DNA of 4,274 nt from positions 1 to 4,274 of IMG/VR virus record IMGVR_UViG_2737471869_000021; one strand, 5' to 3'. The notes beneath the pieces are model-generated. The model worked only from the letters and a program-made list of their open reading frames with translations. It was not told the origin of the DNA and searched no databases. The translations under genes and the position numbers were made by a program. Each line of letters opens with the position of its first letter. Within the stretch, counting starts at the first letter, position 1. The stretch is from a virus (lineage: Duplodnaviria > Heunggongvirae > Uroviricota > Caudoviricetes). Shown here one piece after another: positions 1 through 4,274 of this stretch.

Positions 1-192
1 TCAGGAGCATTTCTGATTAACGCCACCGTTAAGAATCCACCCTTCAACAGCTTCACGAAGGTATGATTTGGGGTGGGTTCTGACTGGCTTCGGAAATCCG
101 TGTCGTTTGGTATAGTTCCAGATTGTCTGACGTGATGAAACACCGAGCTTGTTCATCACTTCTTTCTCAGGAATCAGGCTGGTATCGGTCAT
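1..192 (-). CDS. AlpA-family helix-turn-helix DNA-binding protein, putative prophage excisionase / regulator (63 aa)
   Basis: Complete ORF with ATG at 192..190 and TGA at 3..1. A GGAG Shine-Dalgarno sits 7 nt upstream (minus-strand 'ctGGAGaattaagATG'). The protein (MTDTSLIPEKEVMNKLGVSSRQTIWNYTKRHGFPKPV...EAVEGWIL) has the AlpA/Xis-like pattern of short HTH, 'FPKP' and a conserved W near the C-terminus. Its position at the distal end of the ea region matches the xis slot upstream of int in P22-like phages. Confidence 0.7.
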   Translation of the reverse strand: MTDTSLIPEKEVMNKLGVSSRQTIWNYTKRHGFPKPVRTHPKSYLREAVEGWILNGGVNQKCS

Positions 193-206
193 CTTAATTC
201 TCCAGG

Positions 207-230
207 CAAAAAGAAACCGCCATCAGGCGG
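207..230 (-). terminator. Putative intrinsic (rho-independent) terminator, minus strand
   Basis: Minus-strand RNA would form a GC-only stem CCGCC-UGAU-GGCGG (plus 217..230), extendable by A-U and G-U pairs, followed directly by UUUCUUUUUG (plus 216..207). It lies between the 55-aa ORF and the AlpA-like gene. The plus-strand orientation has no U-tract. Confidence 0.45.
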
Positions 231-390
231 CTTGGTGTTCTTTCAGTTCTTCAATTCGAATATTTGTTACGTCTGCATGCGCTATCTGCGCCCATATCAT
301 CCAGTGGTTATAGCAGTCGTTGATGTCCTCTGCTTCGATAACCCTGTCGAATGGCTCTCCATTCCATTCACCTGTGACTCGGAAGTGCAT
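223..390 (-). CDS. Hypothetical small protein (55 aa), below the ORF-track size cutoff
   Basis: Manual translation: ATG at 390..388, TGA at 225..223, giving MHFRVTGEWNGEPFDRVIEAEDINDCYNHWMIWAQIAHADVTNIRIEELKEHQAA. A GGAG Shine-Dalgarno sits 7 nt upstream ('tatGGAGatgataaATG'). The stop codon lies in the loop of the downstream terminator hairpin. The residue composition looks protein-like. I recognise no family. Confidence 0.4.
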   Translation of the reverse strand: MHFRVTGEWNGEPFDRVIEAEDINDCYNHWMIWAQIAHADVTNIRIEELKEHQAA

Positions 391-401
391 TTATCATCTC
401 C

Positions 402-428
402 ATAAAACAAAACTCGCCGTAGCGAGTT
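402..428 (-). terminator. Putative intrinsic terminator, minus strand, downstream of the DUF551 gene
   Basis: Perfect 7-bp stem AACTCGC / GCGAGTT with a 4-nt loop (plus 411..428). On the minus-strand transcript it is followed immediately by UUGUUUUAU (plus 410..402). The T-tract runs into the Shine-Dalgarno of the 55-aa ORF. Confidence 0.5.
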
Positions 429-490
429 CAGATAAAAGAAATCCCCGCGAGTGCGAGGATTGTTATTCACCTTTGACGGCAAGTTGCAGG

Positions 491-1084
491 TTAGCCACGG
501 TTAACCTCCTGAGGCGGTTCTGGTAGCGGCATCCAGTGGGTTACTCCATGCCATATACCAGTTGAGGTTTCAAACCTTGGCTCTCTGCCTTTCTGTGTCT
601 TGGCATATTCATTCCTTGTATATACGCATTGTCTAACTGCATATCCATTCCATCCAATAACTGTTTGTCTAATTTCTGGCATTCGCTCACTACAGCTTAT
701 CCAGCTATCCTTAATGCCACTATCTTGACTCTGAAGCATGGCGGCACGACAGGCGTTCCAGCCTCTCACCTCTGCAATAGCGGCAACAGCATCGACCGCG
801 TACATTTTAAGAGGGTTAGGCATTGGTTTTTCTTCAGGTACTACTGGAATGGGTGGGGCGGCGTAGACCTCAATAATTCCATTATCAATAGGCCATTCTC
901 CATCCTTGAGGTAGTCACTTGTGCCGTCAACTTGCTGTTCTGCAATGTGGAATGCACCTATTGGTTTTGCCTCAAGCGATGCCAGTGCAATTCGTGCCAG
1001 TTCCATTTGTTCGCCACGGGTAAGCCCGTTTTCAAGCGGGGATTTAATGAACAATTCGATACGTTCTTTAGTGATAGTGCTCAT
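491..1084 (-). CDS. DUF551-domain phage protein (197 aa from ATG 1084; the track's longer 224-aa form from 1165 is less likely)
   Basis: The C-terminus carries the DUF551 hallmark (...WISCSERMPE...GIWHGVTHWMPLPEPPQEVNRG). The preferred start MSTITKERIELFIK has a strong Shine-Dalgarno (minus 'AAAGGAGagtgatATG'). That start lies 1 nt after the upstream gene's TGA (1088..1086), so the two genes are coupled. The 1165 start would overlap the Ea22-like gene by about 80 nt out of frame. Confidence 0.7.
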   Translation of the reverse strand: MSTITKERIELFIKSPLENGLTRGEQMELARIALASLEAKPIGAFHIAEQQVDGTSDYLKDGEWPIDNGIIEVYAAPPIPVVPEEKPMPNPLKMYAVDAVAAIAEVRGWNACRAAMLQSQDSGIKDSWISCSERMPEIRQTVIGWNGYAVRQCVYTRNEYAKTQKGREPRFETSTGIWHGVTHWMPLPEPPQEVNRG

Positions 1085-1085
1085 A

Positions 1086-1784
1086 TCACTCTCCTTTGAT
1101 GCGAATGCCAGCGGCGCGTGGCACATTAACTTCCACGATGCGCACTGTTGGTTTGTACATCTCAATCGCTGTCAGCCAGTCAGCTCCTGCCATGCGCTTT
1201 TCCGCATCGCCATTAGTCCACTGAACCGGTACACCAATAGCCTTCATCGCGATTTCTATTTCCCCGGCAATGGCGCTTTTTCCGCAACCAGTAAAACCAG
1301 AAACAACGACAAGAACTTCGCCTTTGGCTGGTTTTATTTCCCGCGCTTCCAGTTTTGCTATGCGCTTCTCTGATGCTTCAAGTAACGCCTGCTTATCGCG
1401 TAGCGCTTCTTCCAGTTCAGCAACATGGCACTCACTATCAATAAGGTTGTTCTCTGCGGCTTCCAGCTCAACGCGCAACTTCCCTACCGTTAACGCAATC
1501 TCCTCGTTCTCCTGGTCGCGGCGTTTGATGTATTGCTGGTTTCTTTCCCGTTCATCCAGTAGCGCCTGCACTACTTCAGGGTTGAAAGCTGCGATATAAC
1601 GAGCGTTGTTCTCTGCGTTTTTCTGTCCATCAAAGCCGGTCCATTTGATAACGTCTTCACATCGTTTATCACCGGGCGTATGCACCGCATACGTACCAGT
1701 ACCAGACGAAATAAATGCGACCCATTCGCCCGGTGTTGCCTGTTTTGCTATCTCACGCAGTGCCTGATAATTAATTTCGCTCAC
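1086..1784 (-). CDS. ea22: Ead/Ea22-like family phage protein (232 aa), GTG start; central coiled coil and a C-terminal Walker-A-like motif
   Basis: An in-frame TAA lies immediately upstream of GTG 1784..1782, so this is the first possible start. It is preceded by a strong Shine-Dalgarno ('gcAAAGGAGGctgtaaGTG'). The N-terminus ([24 protein letters not shown]...AAFNPEVVQALLDE) matches my recollection of the Ead/Ea22-like N-terminal domain. The centre is a heptad-rich coiled coil (RERNQQYIKRRDQENEEIALTVGKLRVELEAAENNL...EEALRDKQALLEASEKRIAKLEA). The C-terminus contains VLVVVSGFTGCGKSAIAG. Confidence 0.7.
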   Translation of the reverse strand: MSEINYQALREIAKQATPGEWVAFISSGTGTYAVHTPGDKRCEDVIKWTGFDGQKNAENNARYIAAFNPEVVQALLDERERNQQYIKRRDQENEEIALTVGKLRVELEAAENNLIDSECHVAELEEALRDKQALLEASEKRIAKLEAREIKPAKGEVLVVVSGFTGCGKSAIAGEIEIAMKAIGVPVQWTNGDAEKRMAGADWLTAIEMYKPTVRIVEVNVPRAAGIRIKGE

Positions 1785-2266
1785 TTACAGCCTCCTTTGC
1801 GAAGCTCTGCAGCGAAATATACAGCTGCGGAAACAATAGCTGCATGTCGGCATTCACCATCAGAAAATAAAGAATCTCCCTTAAGTGCATTGACGATACT
1901 CTGATGATTTTTTGCCAGCATCTCAACCCCCTGCGCCCGGACTTCAGCCAGGAAAGCATCGGTGGCTGGGGTGTCTGATTGCAGAGACTTTGCGCGATAG
2001 TCATTCCACCCTCTTGCATACATGGGATTAACTCGCACTCCATCTTTTACGCAATATGCCTGACCTCCACGGTTGATAACCTTGATTTCGTCCATAGCGC
2101 CAGACTTCAGCCCCGCATTCTCCGCCGCCAGCGCCGCGCACTTGGCCTCCGCTTCAGCAAATTTACGCACCAGATATTCAGCGTTTGTTTCGTTAACCTT
2201 TAAATCACTTGGGATGCATTTACCTTTCAGAAAACCATCCATCTCAATTAGTGACATTAGTTTCAT
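1781..2266 (-). CDS. Hypothetical phage protein (161 aa), ea-region gene of unknown function
   Basis: ORF with ATG at 2266..2264 and a moderate Shine-Dalgarno (GGAG/GGGAAG upstream). Its TGA (1783..1781) overlaps the GTG start of the Ea22-like gene as GTGA. The protein ([16 protein letters not shown]...[35 protein letters not shown]...[19 protein letters not shown]...) has no family I can name. Confidence 0.6.
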   Translation of the reverse strand: MKLMSLIEMDGFLKGKCIPSDLKVNETNAEYLVRKFAEAEAKCAALAAENAGLKSGAMDEIKVINRGGQAYCVKDGVRVNPMYARGWNDYRAKSLQSDTPATDAFLAEVRAQGVEMLAKNHQSIVNALKGDSLFSDGECRHAAIVSAAVYFAAELRKGGCK

Positions 2267-2385
2267 TTCTTCCCACTCCGCAACATCGCATTCAGATATT
2301 TGTTTTGATTCACTGATGGAAAAGAATTTCTCTTAAGCAATTCCTCTCTCGATGGCATTGGCTTTACGCGTTGGCGAATAATCAT
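2263..2385 (-). CDS. Possible small ORF (40 aa) in the abc2-to-161-aa intergenic gap; weak
   Basis: Manual translation: ATG 2385..2383 gives [40 protein letters not shown], ending at TGA 2265..2263. That TGA overlaps the ATG of the 161-aa gene as ATGA. There is no convincing Shine-Dalgarno and several rare Arg codons. The ATGA overlap is the only real support. Confidence 0.2.
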   Translation of the reverse strand: MIIRQRVKPMPSREELLKRNSFPSVNQNKYLNAMLRSGKK

Positions 2386-2437
2386 TTCTGCCGGAAGAAT
2401 GCCGGGATTGTATGCAAGTCATCTCATGGTAAATTCC

Positions 2438-2734
2438 TCAGTCATTACTGATAGCGCCATAGCGTGAGCGGTAATTACGCAGGCGCGGGTCGATATATTC
2501 AGGGAATTTGTCTATTGTCGCTTTTCGCAACGGTCTCATTGCTGTTTCGTTTGTTCGGTCCTTCTCCTGTTTTAGCGCGAGTTGTATATCGCGTCGGTAC
2601 ATCCGTTCTGCTTTTGTTTCTGGTGTCAGAGCAAGAAACGCGTCGAAATTGTTTTTGATATTTTCCAGCACCTCCGCCTTGGAGCTACCGGAGCAATTGC
2701 GCGGGTCATCCGCACCATACAGAGGCGCTGGCAT
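2438..2734 (-). CDS. abc2: Probable anti-RecBCD protein Abc2-like (98 aa)
   Basis: Clean ORF with ATG 2734..2732 and a good Shine-Dalgarno ('AAGGAttccattATG'). The size is close to the roughly 97 aa I recall for P22 Abc2, and it lies downstream of erf in transcription order. The N-terminus MPAPLYGADDPR... matches what I recall of Abc2-family proteins. This is an assignment from memory and synteny, not a search. Confidence 0.5.
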   Translation of the reverse strand: MPAPLYGADDPRNCSGSSKAEVLENIKNNFDAFLALTPETKAERMYRRDIQLALKQEKDRTNETAMRPLRKATIDKFPEYIDPRLRNYRSRYGAISND

Positions 2735-2757
2735 AATGGAATCCTTATTTTGCTAAT

Positions 2758-3141
2758 TTAGAAGGGAATTGAATCGTCGTATTCAGGATGATTTTGATGA
2801 TTGCTACTTTGTTGCTGTTGGCTGTTTCCTGAAGTTGCAAATCCAATCTTTGCATTCAGTAATTCAAGAGTGATTGATTGACCATTTTGCCCCTGATAAA
2901 CATCAACCCTGATGTTTTCTCCGGTAATTTCTACAATTCCACCTTCAACAAGAACACTACGGTAGTAATCCGCTTGCGCTCCCGGCTTGGCAAATACAAC
3001 GGCGCTGTAGTTTGTCCATTCTTTCTTTTTTGTCTGGCGATCGTAATACTGAACGCCAGCACGGATGTTGAATCCGATATTTTCCCCGGCCTGAAACTCT
3101 CTTGCGGGCTTGTTTAGTCTTACAGTAATCGAATGTGCCAT
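2758..3141 (-). CDS. ssb: Phage single-stranded-DNA-binding (SSB-like) protein, minimal OB-fold with C-terminal acidic tip DDSIPF (127 aa)
   Basis: The protein ends ...SGNSQQQQSSNHQNHPEYDDSIPF, a Gln-rich linker plus a D-D-x-I-P-F tip like the C-terminus of bacterial SSB (...DDDIPF). The core (KEWTNYSAVVFAKPGAQADYYRSVLVEGGIVEITGENIRVDVYQGQNGQSITLE) resembles the SSB OB-fold segment ([32 protein letters not shown]...). Its ATG (3141..3139) overlaps the erf TAA (3143..3141) as TAATG. Confidence 0.7.
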   Translation of the reverse strand: MAHSITVRLNKPAREFQAGENIGFNIRAGVQYYDRQTKKKEWTNYSAVVFAKPGAQADYYRSVLVEGGIVEITGENIRVDVYQGQNGQSITLELLNAKIGFATSGNSQQQQSSNHQNHPEYDDSIPF

Positions 3142-3746
3142 TAAGCAGCCGCTCCTTCTAATTCATCTCGTCTGATGTTGTAAACGTCCTGCGCTTTGTG
3201 CTGCTCCGGTGTGCCTTCGAGCATCTTCCACGCTTTGGCGAACGCCTGTTTAAGCTCTTCCACGTTGTTTTTCTGCATTGCTGCGTCAGTGAATGCTTTT
3301 AGAACCTGTTCAGGTGTAGGTGATGGTTTTGATTGCTTTGCTGCTGCGTTCTGCTGATGTTTATGCTCGTCTGTATCTGCATCTTTCGCATCATCAATGC
3401 CGAATAAACCATTGAGGCAATACTTGCGTGCATAAGAGCTTGTAGCTCCCGTAACTTGTGCAGAATCCATTCCTTTCTTGCTTTCTTCCTCTCGTGCAAG
3501 AGCGGTTGCCGTATGACTGTTTTCGCCATCGGTAATAGTTGCCGTGGCTTTCACGTAATACCGATCACCAATCAACACAACTTCATCGCTGATTGATAAA
3601 AACAGGCCATTCAGTAACGGTTTAACACCTTCAAGAATATCTTCGCAGCTTCTGTATTTATATTTACCGAATGAGTTGTAATGATTTTTTGGCGCGTTCA
3701 GATTCTCCTGAATAGCTGCCAGTCTTGCGTAAAATTCTTTGCTCAT
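3141..3746 (-). CDS. erf: Erf-family single-strand annealing recombinase (201 aa from ATG 3746)
   Basis: The N-terminus MSKEFYARLAAIQENLNAPKNHYNSFGKYKYRSCEDILEGVKPLLNGLFLSISDEVVLIGDRYYVKATATITDGENSH... closely matches P22 Erf as I recall it. The track's 211-aa form begins at a TTG (3776) that adds MGHVHSENKH; the ATG at 3746 is the likelier start. Confidence 0.85.
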   Translation of the reverse strand: MSKEFYARLAAIQENLNAPKNHYNSFGKYKYRSCEDILEGVKPLLNGLFLSISDEVVLIGDRYYVKATATITDGENSHTATALAREEESKKGMDSAQVTGATSSYARKYCLNGLFGIDDAKDADTDEHKHQQNAAAKQSKPSPTPEQVLKAFTDAAMQKNNVEELKQAFAKAWKMLEGTPEQHKAQDVYNIRRDELEGAAA

Positions 3747-3756
3747 ATGTTTGTTC

Positions 3757-3927
3757 TCAGAATGGACATGGCCCAAGTAAATAACGCTGATTTAATACTT
3801 CAGTCTTTGCCGCATTTAAAAATACGCGAACACCTTCACGATCTCCCTTCTGGCGATACATTAACGCCTGCTGCGTGTACATGCGTCTCTGTAACTTGCT
3901 CTCCTTCACTGTGGTTGCAAGTGACAT
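3757..3927 (-). CDS. Small protein (56 aa) immediately upstream of erf; positional candidate for an Arf-like accessory gene
   Basis: Manual translation: ATG 3927..3925 with a very strong Shine-Dalgarno ('cgaAGGAGatattcATG'). Protein MSLATTVKESKLQRRMYTQQALMYRQKGDREGVRVFLNAAKTEVLNQRYLLGPCPF, TGA at 3759..3757, 10 nt before the erf ATG. It is below the ORF-track cutoff. It overlaps ORF 3836..4006 out of frame by 92 nt. Confidence 0.45.
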   Translation of the reverse strand: MSLATTVKESKLQRRMYTQQALMYRQKGDREGVRVFLNAAKTEVLNQRYLLGPCPF

Positions 3928-4006
3928 GAATATCTCCTTCGTTACCGATTAAATCTTTCATCTGACGAATGAATTCTTCGTCTGACCAGTTATCTGTAAA
4001 ACTCAT
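3836..4006 (-). CDS. Alternative small ORF (56 aa) coupled to kil; conflicts with ORF 3757..3927
   Basis: ATG 4006..4004 overlaps the Kil-like TGA (4005..4003) as ATGA. Protein MSFTDNWSDEEFIRQMKDLIGNEGDIHVTCNHSEGEQVTETHVHAAGVNVSPEGRS. The N-terminal half looks protein-like; the C-terminal half is low-plausibility and lies in the overlap. The Shine-Dalgarno is weak. The track's 61-aa version starts at a GTG (4021) with no Shine-Dalgarno. Confidence 0.25.
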   Translation of the reverse strand: MSFTDNWSDEEFIRQMKDLIGNEGDIHVTCNHSEGEQVTETHVHAAGVNVSPEGRS

Positions 4007-4155
4007 TTCCTGCGATACCACGGAAGGTTGATAGCTGATTTCATCGCTTTATTTGCTTCAAACCACATTTTGGAATCACCAATAAATCTGGCTATTACTG
4101 CTTTGTTTTGTGCAGCACGAAGCATCTGATGATTTATGGCTATTTCATTGCGCAT
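4003..4155 (-). CDS. kil: Kil-like host cell-division inhibitory peptide (50 aa)
   Basis: Manual translation: ATG 4155..4153 with a GGAGG Shine-Dalgarno 4 nt upstream ('ctGGAGGcattATG'). Protein MRNEIAINHQMLRAAQNKAVIARFIGDSKMWFEANKAMKSAINLPWYRRK. It lies immediately downstream of cIII and overlaps its 3' end, matching the cIII-kil order in lambda and P22. The ...IA.FIGD..M..EA... core matches my recollection of lambda Kil, but this is unverified. Confidence 0.5.
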   Translation of the reverse strand: MRNEIAINHQMLRAAQNKAVIARFIGDSKMWFEANKAMKSAINLPWYRRK

Positions 4156-4274
4156 AATGCCTCCAGTTGTTTCTTTGCTGCTCTGATTAATTGTTTAACT
4201 CGGCGTGATAATTCAGATTCGTGCGGGTAGAAAGCGGACATGACGCCGCTACCCGCGAGCTGAAAGTGCATCAT
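4140..4274 (-). CDS. cIII: CIII-like regulatory protein (FtsH/HflB inhibitor), 44 aa; start codon at the window edge
   Basis: Manual translation from the ATG at 4274..4272 (a second ATG at 4271..4269): MMHFQLAGSGVMSAFYPHESELSRRVKQLIRAAKKQLEALCAMK, ending at TAG 4142..4140. It resembles lambda CIII (MQYAIAGWPVAGCPSESLLERITRKLRDGWKRL...), sharing the xAG segment and the P-x-ES-x-L...R..+.L amphipathic helix. The Shine-Dalgarno lies outside the window. Confidence 0.65.
   Translation of the reverse strand: MMHFQLAGSGVMSAFYPHESELSRRVKQLIRAAKKQLEALCAMK

Noticed and set aside
441-460. Near-palindrome ATCCCCGCGAGTGCGAGGAT as a possible operator or hairpin
   Set aside because: On inspection it is mainly a direct repeat of GCGAG, not an inverted repeat, so there is no convincing stem. 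The neighbouring 411..428 hairpin is the real structure.
297-482. Minus-strand 61-aa ORF (TTG start)
   Set aside because: It has a non-ATG start without a Shine-Dalgarno and a Thr/Ser-rich, implausible product. It overlaps out of frame with the better-supported 55-aa ORF at 223..390.
1085-1165. Longer N-terminal extension of the DUF551 gene (start at 1165)
   Set aside because: The extension (MRCTNQQCASWKLMCHAPLAFASKESD) overlaps the Ea22-like gene out of frame by about 80 nt. The ATG at 1084 has a strong Shine-Dalgarno and is coupled to the upstream stop.
1771-2043. Minus-strand 90-aa ORF
   Set aside because: It is nested out of frame inside the 161-aa gene (1781..2266), which has better start signals and a stop/start overlap with its neighbour.
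3299-3529. Minus-strand 76-aa ORF
   Set aside because: It is nested out of frame inside erf, whose product is recognisable.
3747-3776. TTG-initiated N-terminal extension of erf (MGHVHSENKH)
   Set aside because: The ATG at 3746 yields the MSKEFYARL N-terminus I recall for Erf proteins. The TTG extension overlaps the end of the upstream small ORF.
320-3929. Plus-strand ORFs from the track (320..526, 629..1099, 921..1373, 1270..1599, 1680..1904, 1979..2203, 2073..2336, 2464..2658, 2508..2756, 2878..3117, 3681..3929)
   Set aside because: Each lies antisense to a minus-strand gene with recognisable family features or good translation signals. Their products are low-complexity and rich in Ser, Cys and Phe, and I saw no Shine-Dalgarno for them. 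They are most likely shadow ORFs.
1-4274. Chi sites, CRISPR repeats, tRNA or rRNA, IS element termini
   Set aside because: Visual scanning found no GCTGGTGG or CCACCAGC, no regularly spaced direct repeats, no tRNA-like cloverleaf region and no terminal inverted repeats. The scan was manual and not exhaustive.

Overview
This window reads as a slice of the early-left (pL-type) operon of a P22-like lambdoid prophage in an enterobacterial background. All supportable genes are on the minus strand, packed tightly with overlapping stop/start codons. In transcription order (high to low coordinate) I call: cIII-like (4274..4140), Kil-like (4155..4003), one or two small overlapping ORFs (4006..3757), Erf recombinase (3746..3141), a minimal SSB-like protein with a DDSIPF tail (3141..2758), an Abc2-like protein (2734..2438), a possible 40-aa ORF, a 161-aa hypothetical, an Ead/Ea22-like protein with a Walker-A-like motif (1784..1086), a DUF551 protein (1084..491), a 55-aa ORF flanked by two hairpin/T-tract terminators (390..223), and an AlpA-family excisionase-like gene (192..1). 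Several small genes fall under the 60-aa cutoff of the supplied ORF track and were found by manual translation. Family assignments rest on recalled motifs and synteny, not on database searches. The window starts exactly on a stop codon and ends exactly on an ATG, so it was probably cut at annotated gene boundaries. I found no rRNA, tRNA, CRISPR array, IS element or Chi site. The plus-strand ORFs in the track look like antisense shadows of the minus-strand genes.
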